From positions 2,440,929 to 2,504,928 of the forward strand of contig OZ244857.1 in assembly GCA_965220935.1 (NCBI GenBank): a stretch of 64,000 nt of DNA, written 5' to 3'. The stretch is from Rhodothermales bacterium. Lineage in GTDB: Bacteria > Bacteroidota > Rhodothermia > Rhodothermales > Bin80. The notes below the pieces were generated by a model. The model was not told the origin of the DNA and made no database searches. It saw nothing but the letters and a program-made list of their open reading frames with translations. This document shows, piece after piece, positions 34,801-43,114 of the stretch; position 1 is the stretch's first letter; each line of letters starts with the position of its first letter. A program made the translations under genes and the position numbers.

Positions 34801-37373
34801 CCCCGACCGATCTTCCTTCCGGCCATCAGACGTTTGGATATAATGTTTACAAATCTGATGATGATGGGGATTTTTGGTCACTGTTCGCACGGGATGTCAC
34901 CACGACAACCTATACCGATGCTCAGGTATCGGCGGCTAAGACCTATGGGTATCGGGTTACCACCTGGATTGGTCCGAGCGAGAACGAAGCCCTTCAGAGT
35001 CAGTTCTCCGCCGCCGCTTTTCTAACGATAACGATTGCTACGGCCACCGCCCCTGATGCGCCAACGGGATTGACGGCCACGGCCTCTGGCCCGACGATCA
35101 TCAATCTTTCATGGACGGCGCCATCCAATACGGGGGGCGCAGATATTACTGGCTATCGGATTGAGGTTTCGCCCAATGGCACGTCAAACTGGACCAATCA
35201 GCAGGCCAATACGAGATCCACTGCGACCACCTACGCCCATACAGGACTCAGTGCAAATACCACGCGGCATTACCGGGTCAGGGCCATCAATTCGGTTAAC
35301 TCTGGGGCGCCTTCTAATGTGGCCAATGCCACCACCGCAGCCGCGACAGCACCGGGCGCGCCGACTGGACTGACCGCAACGGCAGACGGGCAAACCATCA
35401 TCAACCTGTCGTGGACCGCACCTACCAATACCGGCGGCGCGGCCATCACGGGTTATCAGATTGAGGTCTCGCCCAGTGGCACCAGTAACTGGTCGGACTT
35501 GGTGGCGAATACGACTGCGACCACATATGCGCACACAGGGCTTTCGGCAGGCGTGACGCGTCACTATCGGGTCCGTGCGATCAATTCGGTTGGACCGGGG
35601 GCTGTATCGGCAACAACCAGTGCAACCACCGACACGCCCAATGCCACCGTGCCCGCTGCGCCCACGCAGCTCACCGCGACAGCTGCAGGGCGAACCAGCA
35701 TCAACCTGTCGTGGACCGCACCTACCAATACCGGCGGCGCGGCGATTACGGGCTACCAGATTGAAGTGTCTAATACGGGAACAGCGAACACATGGACCAA
35801 TTTGGTGGCCAATACCCAGTCCACCACGACCACCTATGCGCACACAGGGCTTTCGGCAGGCGAGACGCGTCACTATCGGGTGCGTGCGATCAATTCGGTT
35901 GGACCGGGGGCTGTATCGTCGACAAGTAGCGCCACTACCGACACGCCCAATGCCACAGTGCCCGATGCTCCCTCGCAGCTCACCGCGACAGCTGCAGGGC
36001 GAACCAGCATCAACCTGTCATGGACGGCACCCTCTGATAATGGGGGTGCGACGATCACCGGCTATCAGATTGAAGTCTCTAATGCGGGGGCTTGGTCGGA
36101 GCTGGCGACGACCAGGGCAACCACCTATACGCACACCAATCTCGCTGCGGGTACGACGCAGGTTTATCGAGTCCGTGCGATCAATAGCGTTGGCAATAGC
36201 GATGCATCCAATACCGTCAGTGCCACCACCGATGCCCTGGCAACGCCCGATGCGCCCACAGAGTTAACGATCACAGCGTCGGGGCCATCGACCCTGGTTC
36301 TCTCGTGGACCGCGCCCTTAGATGACGGAGGATCTGCGATCACGGGCTACCGCATTGACACATCGTCTGACGGACAATCGGATTGGACGGTCTTGGTGGC
36401 CAGTACACCGTCGACCACGTATACCGTTACCAATCTGCCCCCTCCTGTCTATTTTCGGGTGATTGCGCTTAATGCCATTGGTCAGGGCACACCATCGGAG
36501 GTGGTCAATGTCACGCCCAAGGCCTTATCGCTAAGCAGCACGATCAGCGATCAAATCTATCCGATTGGGCAGCCCATCGCTCAGGTGATGCTTCCAGAGG
36601 CGCGCGATGGCACCGCGCCCTATACCTACACCTTGACACCCGACTTACCCGCGGGGCTGACGCGCTCGGAGCGCACACTCCGTGGCACCCCTTCAGAACT
36701 CACGGCGATGACATCATTTACTTGGGCCGTGCAGGACGCAACTGGGAGCGTGGCCCGTCAAGACTTCGGCCTTGAGGTCTATCGCATGTCCTTTACAACG
36801 CGTGTGGACGATCAGGTGGTTCCAATGGGGCAACCCATTGGAACGCTCGTCCTGCCAGAGGTGAGCGGTGGAAAAGACCCGGTCACCTATTCATTCACGG
36901 TGTTGTCCCTGCCGAGTGGTCTTTTGTTTGACCTCCCCACCCGAACTGTCAGTGGAACACCACTAGCCGTCACGCCGCCAACGCCGATGACATTTAAAGC
37001 CGTGGATGTGCATGGCGCGGAAGATAGTCTGAACTTTAGCATTGAGGTGGTGTCTCGAGTCCATGCAGAAGCGCAGACCGCACTTCCTCACACGTTGACC
37101 GTGCATGCCAATTATCCGAATCCGTTTACCCGTTCCACACGCATCGTGTTTGATCTGCCGTGGCCGGCGCAAGTTGAGATAGATGTGCTGGATGTTACGG
37201 GACGGCGCGTTTATGCCCATCCTCTGGTGAGTCTGACCGCGGGGTGGGAGCATGAACTCACGCTGGATCAGTTAGACCTGCCTGCGGGGGCCTATCTCTA
37301 TCGGGTCATGGCCAGCTCGCTGGAAAGCAGCACATCAGCGGTGCAGGTCGGGCACTTGATGCGGGTGCAGTGA
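31839..37373 (+). CDS. Giant cell-surface-type protein: 15 fibronectin type III domains, 2 Ig-like (He_PIG/cadherin-like) domains and a T9SS C-terminal sorting domain; the 5' end is uncertain or truncated
   Basis: The ~95-100-aa unit P.AP..L.A.A.G...I.LSWTAP...GG..ITGY.IE.S..G..W......TTY.HTGL.AGT.R.YRVRA.N..G is repeated 15 times. Two units of the type DQ..P.GQPI....LPE..GG..P.TY....LP.GL......R...GTP follow. The C-terminus NYPNPFTRSTRIVFDLPWPAQVEIDVLDVTGRRVY...LPAGAYLYRV matches the T9SS CTD pattern. There is a GTG start, no ATG, and no hydrophobic signal peptide in the first 80 aa. Confidence 0.8.
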   Translation: MQLSACYRSDVACEIGTGSDDVVHSSAHLFSGITSDRVRPDKEVNSLPLKARKRPPGKPTGVTVAPYETGRNARETLSISWTANPNGNKAITGHEIEWSSDGTSDWKDLRTVAGGLTETLFTGLSPGTTRHIRIRSRDDDGDGPWSDVVSGTTNPVGRPGPPATSSATVSSSTINLSWTAPLDDGGSPITAYAISGYVDDGKFAPETSFSATTKPDVRSYTVTGLMASTKYIISINARNSVGISQTAQVIQATTNAVGRPGPPATSSATVSSSTINLSWTAPLDDGGSPITAYAISGYVDDGKFAPETSFAATTKPDVRSYTVTGLMASTKYIISINARNSVGISQTAQVIQATTAAITAPAAPTGLTATADGPTKIKLTWTAPSDNGGAAITGYKIESRLRSETSFSTLVTDTKTTKTDTTHTGLAPSTQRFYRVRAINSEGAGAASSSATAITAAATRPSAPRNLTATASGRTTIILNWTAPADDGGSAITYYRVGVSTNQGTSWTGLADVRGATTYSHTGLSAGTRRDYRVVAANSSGRGFSDRSNVANATTAAATAPGAPSSVTATADGQTVINLTWTLPADDGGKAILGYRVQWSSNGNPPWTNVTPAHTGTGRTYRHTGLSAGTTRHYRVFARNSVGEGTSSGTVNATTAAAPTLTTPAAPTGLRAEAEGPETISLSWNAPTNTGGAAITGYQIEVSPNGTSNWDDLVANTGSTTTGYVHGGLDAGTRRYYRVSAINSQGAGAVSNVANTTTLPATVPAAPTELTAAADGQTIINLSWKAPTNRGGVPLTGYQIEVSPNGTDTWTNITPAHTGTGRTYSHTGLTAGTTRYYRVYARNSKGTSAAASNVASATTTAAATAPGAPPNLQVFPTGFHDVRLTWGRPPSDSPITGYKVEWSTDGGTNWETLIGYDDLTRTRYEFLSSRLTPGSVFHFRVLARSALGDSDPSDAVSVTAASAPRSGIATNVGVSQTSANAAQISWDAPTDLPSGHQTFGYNVYKSDDDGDFWSLFARDVTTTTYTDAQVSAAKTYGYRVTTWIGPSENEALQSQFSAAAFLTITIATATAPDAPTGLTATASGPTIINLSWTAPSNTGGADITGYRIEVSPNGTSNWTNQQANTRSTATTYAHTGLSANTTRHYRVRAINSVNSGAPSNVANATTAAATAPGAPTGLTATADGQTIINLSWTAPTNTGGAAITGYQIEVSPSGTSNWSDLVANTTATTYAHTGLSAGVTRHYRVRAINSVGPGAVSATTSATTDTPNATVPAAPTQLTATAAGRTSINLSWTAPTNTGGAAITGYQIEVSNTGTANTWTNLVANTQSTTTTYAHTGLSAGETRHYRVRAINSVGPGAVSSTSSATTDTPNATVPDAPSQLTATAAGRTSINLSWTAPSDNGGATITGYQIEVSNAGAWSELATTRATTYTHTNLAAGTTQVYRVRAINSVGNSDASNTVSATTDALATPDAPTELTITASGPSTLVLSWTAPLDDGGSAITGYRIDTSSDGQSDWTVLVASTPSTTYTVTNLPPPVYFRVIALNAIGQGTPSEVVNVTPKALSLSSTISDQIYPIGQPIAQVMLPEARDGTAPYTYTLTPDLPAGLTRSERTLRGTPSELTAMTSFTWAVQDATGSVARQDFGLEVYRMSFTTRVDDQVVPMGQPIGTLVLPEVSGGKDPVTYSFTVLSLPSGLLFDLPTRTVSGTPLAVTPPTPMTFKAVDVHGAEDSLNFSIEVVSRVHAEAQTALPHTLTVHANYPNPFTRSTRIVFDLPWPAQVEIDVLDVTGRRVYAHPLVSLTAGWEHELTLDQLDLPAGAYLYRVMASSLESSTSAVQVGHLMRVQ
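32298..32903 (+). repeat. Near-perfect 303-bp tandem duplication (one FN3 domain, two copies) inside the FN3 gene
   Basis: Unit 1 is 32298-32600 and unit 2 is 32601-32903. The protein units NPVGRPGPPATSS...AQVIQATT and NAVGRPGPPATSS...AQVIQATT differ at 2 of 101 residues (P/A near the start, then S/A). The DNA is identical except near the unit starts and at one t/g change. Confidence 0.93.
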
Positions 37374-37622
37374 ATGGATGTGCAACACGGCATTCCCTGG
37401 AGGCGCACCACCAGATCAAGAATTCTCCTGAGTCTCAATTAATTTCTCCTACTGAAAAAAAAGTCTTATTGATAGACACTTGGCGTACGATATAAGCGTT
37501 TGTACAAAATGTCATACATGTTCATTATTTACTCAAAACCTCCCATATTCACTGTGTCATCAACAATAGAGTGATTGATGACAGGTTAGGTGCCGGGTAT
37601 ATGTGATTTTCGTAGGGTTACG

Positions 37623-38547
37623 TTTAAAGCATCAGGCAGAGGCGTGGCAGGCTTTCTTCAAGGGATTACGTGATCATCCTACTTCCATAATCGGTTTCAA
37701 CACAATTCGTTTACGGCGACCAAAGGATTGTTTAAGATCCGAGGGAATGATGTCTATATCCAGAAGATTGGCTGGGTGAAGTTTCGTAGGAAAGGAGGTA
37801 ATCCTTATCCAGACGGTGAGCCGATTGAAGTCACCGTGAAGAAAGACGGACGGTACTGGAAGATGAGCGTAATTTACAAAGTCACTAATCTACCAGAGAA
37901 GGTGGACGATGGCAAAGAGATTGGCATTGACGTGAATACCTATAACATTTCTTATTCCTCAACGGATGGTGAACAGGGCATGTTACCGGTCCCTGAATTA
38001 ACGGATAAGGAGATTAAGATTCGTCGGTGGCAAAGAAAGTTAGCCCGACAGCAGAAAGGATCTGGTCGATCCAAGCGAAAGATCAACAAGTGGAAGCGAA
38101 AACAGAAGAACTGCAGAACGAATGCGGCACATCAACATAGCCGTAGATTGTCCAATAAGGCGAAGACTTGAAGATCAAGACTATGTCCAAGGACACGGTT
38201 GAGAACCCTGGAACCAATGTGAAGGCAAAAGCAGGGTTAAACAGAGCCATCCTTAACGCTGGATGGAGACGGTTTAATTCCTATTGCGATTACAAGTTTG
38301 GCAACGTGATTCTTGTAGATCCGAAGTATACCAGTCAACGCTGTAATCAGTGTGGTCATACAGATAAAGTCAATCGCAAAGTAAGTTTAAGTGTATGGCT
38401 TGTGGCCATGCGGATCACGCAGACATCAACGCGTCTGTGAATATATTACAGGCCTCCGGGATTGGGGCATCTGCACGTGGAGGAGCGTTCTCGTTAGAGA
38501 CTCCTATGAGCCGTGAAATGGATACGCAAAAGGTAGCCGTCAAATAG
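37623..38547 (+). pseudogene. tnpB: tnpB 3' portion (two further frameshifts near 38155 and 38380)
   Basis: The reading is continuous from LKHQAEAWQAFFKGLRDHPNFHNRFQHNSFTATKGLFKIRGNDVYIQKIGWVKF... to the stop at 38171. The next frame gives GEDLKIKTMSK...GLNRAILNAGW...YTSQRCNQCGHTDK, which holds the RuvC Glu and a zinc-finger CxxC. A third frame gives SKFKCMACGHADHADINASVNIL (second CxxC and the RuvC Asp) to the stop at 38545-38547. With the 5' part, the reconstructed protein is ~400 aa. Confidence 0.8.
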
Positions 38548-38695
38548 ATGGGTACTCACGTATATAATTCCCTTAAATTAGGCGCATACATTGGCAGTAT
38601 TTCATCCTCACTAACCTGTAAGAATATGCATCAAACATACACACTCAGATTGGATATAGTTTATCCAGATGTGCATGTAATATTGTGTGGGTCCG

Positions 38696-39997
38696 TCAAT
38701 TTTGAGAGTTAGATGCTCTCTTTAACGCACTGTCAAACGCCTCCATTGTTTGGTTAAATGACTTGGTGTCGTGAGCAGTTGACACAAACCAAGCTTCATA
38801 CTGAGAGGGAGCGATGTGAACGTTATGATCCAATAATCCCTGAAACACATCAGCAAAAAAGTCTACGTTTGACATAGAAGCACTTTCCCAGTCCATAACA
38901 GGCGTATCGGTAAAAAAACAACTGAACATTGTACCAACGCCCTGAACTTGCATTGGAACGGAGTGTTTTACGGCAGTGTCTGACAGCCCCCGCATCAACG
39001 CGCGAGTTTGAGATGCCGCGCAATCCCATTTTTTGAGCCCTTCATCTAAGGTCGCTAAACCAGAGGCAACTGAAATTGGATTTCCCGAAAGCGTTCCTGC
39101 TTGGTAGACAGGCCCCTCAGGGGCGACCATCGTCATGATGTCAGCTCGACCACCATAGGCTCCAATCGGGAGCCCTCCACCGATCACCTTACCCAATGTG
39201 GTTAGATCAGCGGATACCCCATAAAGTGCCTGCGCACCTCCAGGATGCACTCTGAAACCTGTCATGACCTCGTCAAATATCAAGAGCGCCCCGTGATCTT
39301 TAGTAAGACGGCGTAAACCCTCTAAATAACCCTGTTTGGGGGGAACCACACCCATATTACCAGCAACAGGTTCTACAATCATCGCAGCAATTTCCCCCGT
39401 AAAGTGATCAAAAGCTTTCTCGGCCGCAATCAGATCATTAAATGGGATGACCACGGTATCTTCTGTTGAGCTTATAGGAACACCGGGGCTATTGGGTAAA
39501 CCCAAAGTAGCCACACCACTTCCGGCCTCCACCAACAAACAATCGGCGTGGCCATGGTAATTGCCAGCACACTTGATGATCTTATCCCTCTTGGTAAATG
39601 CTCTGGCCAAGCGTAATGCACTCATGACGGCTTCCGTCCCTGAATTGACCAAGCGCAACCGCTCAATCTGAGGCATCACTGACTGGATTTTATGAACTAA
39701 CTGAGCTTCACCCTCAGTGCAAGCACCAAAGCTAGTCCCATTGGAAACAGCATGAACGATGGCATTTTCTACCTCTTGATGCGCATGCCCTACCAGTAAG
39801 GGCCCATAAGACAGGACATAATCAACATACCAGTTTTGGTCCACATCCCGCAACCATGCCCCTTGGCCTTGATCAATAAATATGGGGGAGCCACCAACCG
39901 CTTTGTATGCTCTGACAGGTGAACTCACACCTCCTGGCATGCAGGACCTAGCCTCGTCAAAGAGCTTATGTGAAAGGGCGCGAGAGATCATATTCAA
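38696..39997 (-). CDS. hemL: Glutamate-1-semialdehyde 2,1-aminomutase
   Basis: 433 aa. It carries GGVSSPVRAYKAVGG, YVLSYGPLLVGHAH, LIFDEVMTGFRV and TTLGKVIGGGLPIGAYGG (PLP-Lys), which are the hallmark HemL blocks. Confidence 0.93.
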   Translation of the reverse strand: MNMISRALSHKLFDEARSCMPGGVSSPVRAYKAVGGSPIFIDQGQGAWLRDVDQNWYVDYVLSYGPLLVGHAHQEVENAIVHAVSNGTSFGACTEGEAQLVHKIQSVMPQIERLRLVNSGTEAVMSALRLARAFTKRDKIIKCAGNYHGHADCLLVEAGSGVATLGLPNSPGVPISSTEDTVVIPFNDLIAAEKAFDHFTGEIAAMIVEPVAGNMGVVPPKQGYLEGLRRLTKDHGALLIFDEVMTGFRVHPGGAQALYGVSADLTTLGKVIGGGLPIGAYGGRADIMTMVAPEGPVYQAGTLSGNPISVASGLATLDEGLKKWDCAASQTRALMRGLSDTAVKHSVPMQVQGVGTMFSCFFTDTPVMDWESASMSNVDFFADVFQGLLDHNVHIAPSQYEAWFVSTAHDTKSFNQTMEAFDSALKRASNSQN

Positions 39998-40080
39998 TTG
40001 ATTAGATATCTGTTATACTCATTCATGATCTTTTTGACTTTGATATTGAGGTATCTCTATGCTTTACTCTACCAACATGG

Positions 40081-40415
40081 CCAAGACCGCTAAATTTCAA
40101 AAACCGCGGTTGAGAAAAATCCTCGGACTTGCGCTTTCTTGATGGTCTCAGCAGAATTCCTCATGCTATTCAATGCTCCCAACCTCTGACAACCCTGCGT
40201 TCATCTTCCCCTGAATCTTGCTAAATCTATTGCTGTGTGCAATGGATTCACGGAGGGTCTGAACATCCCAAAGAGCGGTGTAGCATCAATTCCAGAGTTT
40301 TCCATTTTTGGTCCTCAGCGATCAATCTCAGTTTATCAAGAAGTGCGGTTTTTCCCGCTCCATGTGCGCCTTGAATTAGGAAAGCGGTTCTCCCTTTTTT
40401 TACTCCGATAGTGAT
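40081..40415 (-). pseudogene. Decayed fragment of a fifth ATPase paralogue (Walker A to Walker B region)
   Basis: Nucleotide similarity to the array copies is readable by eye. For example, gcggtttttcccgctccatgtgcgccttgaattaggaaagcggttctcccttttttt matches gccgtctttcccgcgcctggtgctccttgtatcaggaaagtggatcccctttttttgg (27108-27164). The fragment carries indels and has no intact ORF. Confidence 0.75.
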
Positions 40416-40976
40416 TTATGTATCATGAGAATGTGTTAATAATTTCCTTGCGTCCATGAAAACAAGGCTTGGCACCACTGTCGGGAACGACAAAGAACTC
40501 ATGATAATTCTGGGATATAGTACGGGCAAGGTATGGCAAAACAATACTGAATCGGTTGGTGTGATGTAGAAATTGTCAGATGGCGTCTCAGAGAAAGGCA
40601 TTCTTGCATTTTTAGTTGACATTTCAATTCTCTGCAGGGAGATTTCTAACCCCACCTTTTCCCAACATACCACCACGACACCTCTTAAATACCGCAGCTG
40701 CGGGTGGTCCAAAACCCCCGCCTGTACAGGGTTATGGAGGGCCTACTCCATCCCTGACATAGTTCAATATCTACAGCGTAAGCCATTTCTTACCTCCACA
40801 TATATTTTGCTTGCACACAGTGATTTTCGTAAAGATACCACATAATCTTGGCCATAGAAAAGGAAGTCTGCATCAGAGTAAAGCTAATTTTACTGAACCG
40901 TTAACCCTCAATAATGTTTATTGAGACTCAAAGCGTCTGGTATTGTGTGATGGTGCTTAACTGGAGTAATCTTTTG

Positions 40977-42899
40977 ATGCGTAATACTGTTGCTAAATTC
41001 TTATCCTTATTACTGATCTTGGGGCTCGGTAATGATCATTCAGCTCAGCCATTAACAGTAAACAGACTTTTTAGTTCTGGCGCTATCCTGCAACGTGATA
41101 CCGTCATTCCAATTTGGGGAACATCTCCCTCTGATAATGCCGTGACCGTTATTCTGGGTGAAAAAGAATACTCTACCTTAACATCACATGATGGCACTTG
41201 GGCTCTATCTCTGGATCCCTATCCCGCCGGCGGCCCCTATACGTTGATGATCACCTCGGGGCCCGATACATTGATTGCAGAGAATATTGTATTTGGGGAT
41301 GTATGGATTGCATCTGGTCAATCCAATATGGAATGGTCAGTGGCAGCATCTGCTGATGCGGAATCAGAAATCGCCTCTGCAAATGATTCCCTGCTACGCC
41401 ACTACAAGGTCCCTCGTAGCTGGTCCTACTTGCCCATTGATACCCTCTCTGGGGGGGAATGGCACTCGGCCCATCCCGATTATGTCGGCGCATTCACTGC
41501 TGTCGGGTACTCGTTTGCCAGAGAACTTCGTGCTCATTCCAATATTCCGATTGGAATTCTTAACACATCTTGGGGTGGAAGTCGTATTGAGGCATGGATG
41601 GACCCTGATGCACTTGGACTTGATGACGCTCAGGTTGCACAGATGATTGAATCCTCCCTAACACGTGAAGATAGCTTAATTAAATTTCTGGTAGAAACTC
41701 ATGGCGCACCGTCAGACACTGACACTGGCTTTGATTCTGGTATTCCCATCTGGGCTTCTCCAGAGTTGAATGACTCCGATTGGTTGCAAATCCCCGTTCC
41801 AGGATCGTGGGAATCTGGTGGACTTGAACAGGTAAACGGCACGGCATGGTATCGCATCAGTTTTGAGCTGGACCATGTCCCTTCAGATGCGGTCCTTCAA
41901 TTAGGTTATGTAGATGATCAGGACATGACATGGCTCAATGGTCATCTGATAGGGGAAACCAACGAATTTAATGTACACCGACAATATCCTGTTGAGGAAG
42001 GAATTCTGCGTTCAGGCCCGAACCAATTAACCATCCGTGTTCGTGACCTGTGGGGGGATGGCGGCTTAGTCGTCGGCAATTCAAAACTTGCACTGCTGTG
42101 GCCAGATGGTGAACTGAATCTTGAAGGGAACTGGAAGATACGCGTTGGTCAATTTGAACTTCAACCAGAATCGAATCCAAATCAACTTCCCACACTGCTT
42201 TACAACGCGATGGTTCATCCAATCCTTAACTTTCCAGTTACAGGATTTATTTGGTATCAGGGAGAATCCAATGCAAATAACCCATCAGATGCCTCTGCAT
42301 ATGCGGATCAGTTTCAATCTTTGATCACGCAATGGCGACAGCAATTCAATCATCAAAACGCTCCTTTTTTATTCGTTTCATTGGCGAGTTTTGGGGCAGC
42401 TAACCAGTATCCAGAGGAAAGTGATTGGGCCATTCTACGTGAATCCCAGGCATCAGCTCTTCATCTTCCTAATACTGGTCTGGCCGTTACGCTGGATATT
42501 GGTGATGCAGATGATATACATCCGAGGAATAAGCAAGATGTAGGATATCGACTCTCTCTGTGGGCCAGAAAACTCGCTTATGCCGAAGATATCATCTCTT
42601 CTGGCCCGATCTATCGTGACCATGTCATTGACAATCAAACCTTTAGGATTCAGTTTGATCACATTGGTACAGGTCTGGCTACGCGCGGGCATGGTCTACT
42701 TGGAGGGTTTTCCATAGCCGGACCCGACAGTCACTTTGTTTGGGCCAATGCTATCATTGAGCAAGAATCTGTGATCGTCTCCCACCCCGACATTTCAAAT
42801 CCTATAGCCGTTCGATATGCATGGGCTGATAACCCTATAACTGCAAACCTAATTAATTCTGAAGGGCTCCCTGCCGCTTCTTTCCGGACAGATCAATAA
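40977..42899 (+). CDS. Sialate O-acetylesterase-like (SASA/DUF303 family) carbohydrate esterase, secreted
   Basis: I move the start to ATG 40977, so that MRNTVAKFLSLLLILGLGNDHSAQ forms a signal peptide. GDVWIASGQSNMEW, TSWGGSRIEAW and GFIWYQGESN are SASA-family blocks. Confidence 0.8.
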   Translation: MRNTVAKFLSLLLILGLGNDHSAQPLTVNRLFSSGAILQRDTVIPIWGTSPSDNAVTVILGEKEYSTLTSHDGTWALSLDPYPAGGPYTLMITSGPDTLIAENIVFGDVWIASGQSNMEWSVAASADAESEIASANDSLLRHYKVPRSWSYLPIDTLSGGEWHSAHPDYVGAFTAVGYSFARELRAHSNIPIGILNTSWGGSRIEAWMDPDALGLDDAQVAQMIESSLTREDSLIKFLVETHGAPSDTDTGFDSGIPIWASPELNDSDWLQIPVPGSWESGGLEQVNGTAWYRISFELDHVPSDAVLQLGYVDDQDMTWLNGHLIGETNEFNVHRQYPVEEGILRSGPNQLTIRVRDLWGDGGLVVGNSKLALLWPDGELNLEGNWKIRVGQFELQPESNPNQLPTLLYNAMVHPILNFPVTGFIWYQGESNANNPSDASAYADQFQSLITQWRQQFNHQNAPFLFVSLASFGAANQYPEESDWAILRESQASALHLPNTGLAVTLDIGDADDIHPRNKQDVGYRLSLWARKLAYAEDIISSGPIYRDHVIDNQTFRIQFDHIGTGLATRGHGLLGGFSIAGPDSHFVWANAIIEQESVIVSHPDISNPIAVRYAWADNPITANLINSEGLPAASFRTDQ

Positions 42900-43114
42900 T
42901 CTTGTTATCATAATCCATCTCTCATGCGATAATTAGACTGCCATAAATCAAAACTGTGACCATCCAGATCATCATCGGTTGGTTGCTTGATGTATCTCAC
43001 ATGATGCCAGCATTCACTATAATTTAAATGCTACTATCTCGTTTACAACCCACATAAGGCTTGTGATTTATCCTGTGAAGCAATGGATTTACTGCATATC
43101 TGATACCTGATACG

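Larger units (their letters stand above)
31375..37622 (+). mobile_element. 6248-bp insertion flanked by a TTAAAG direct repeat, carrying only the FN3-repeat gene (no transposase seen)
   Basis: TTAAAG occurs at 31369-31374 and again at 37623-37628. Deleting 31375-37628 joins ...aac acc tta aag | cat cag gca gag gcg tgg cag..., giving NTLKHQAEAWQAFF, an in-frame and TnpB-typical sequence. The ends carry a 10-bp subterminal inverted match: tacgaaaatc at 31382-31391 and gattttcgta at 37604-37613. Confidence 0.75.
30951..38580 (+). mobile_element. Decayed tnpB-only transposable element bounded by ~31-bp inverted repeats, carrying a secondary 6.25-kb insertion
   Basis: The left end is taatttagggaattatatacgtgagtaccca (30951-30981). 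The right end is tgggtactcacgtatataattcccttaaatta (38549-38580). These are reverse complements apart from one extra t. The tnpB stop (38545-38547) abuts the right repeat. Small subterminal palindromes (gaatggaaccattc; aatagg...cctatt) lie between the left repeat and the tnpB start. Confidence 0.7.

Noticed and set aside
32036-36267. Many long alternative-frame ORFs on both strands inside the FN3 gene (for example 33336..33737, 33882..34316, 35184..35873, 35575..36267).
   Set aside because: High-GC DNA is depleted of stop codons in the other frames. The translations are Arg/Pro/Gly-rich nonsense, whereas the annotated frame gives 15 regular FN3 units.
40416-40845. ORFs 40416..40712 (-) and 40573..40845 (+) between the ATPase fragment and the esterase gene.
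   Set aside because: They mutually overlap, carry no motifs, and lie in a region that looks like a decayed or intergenic sequence.
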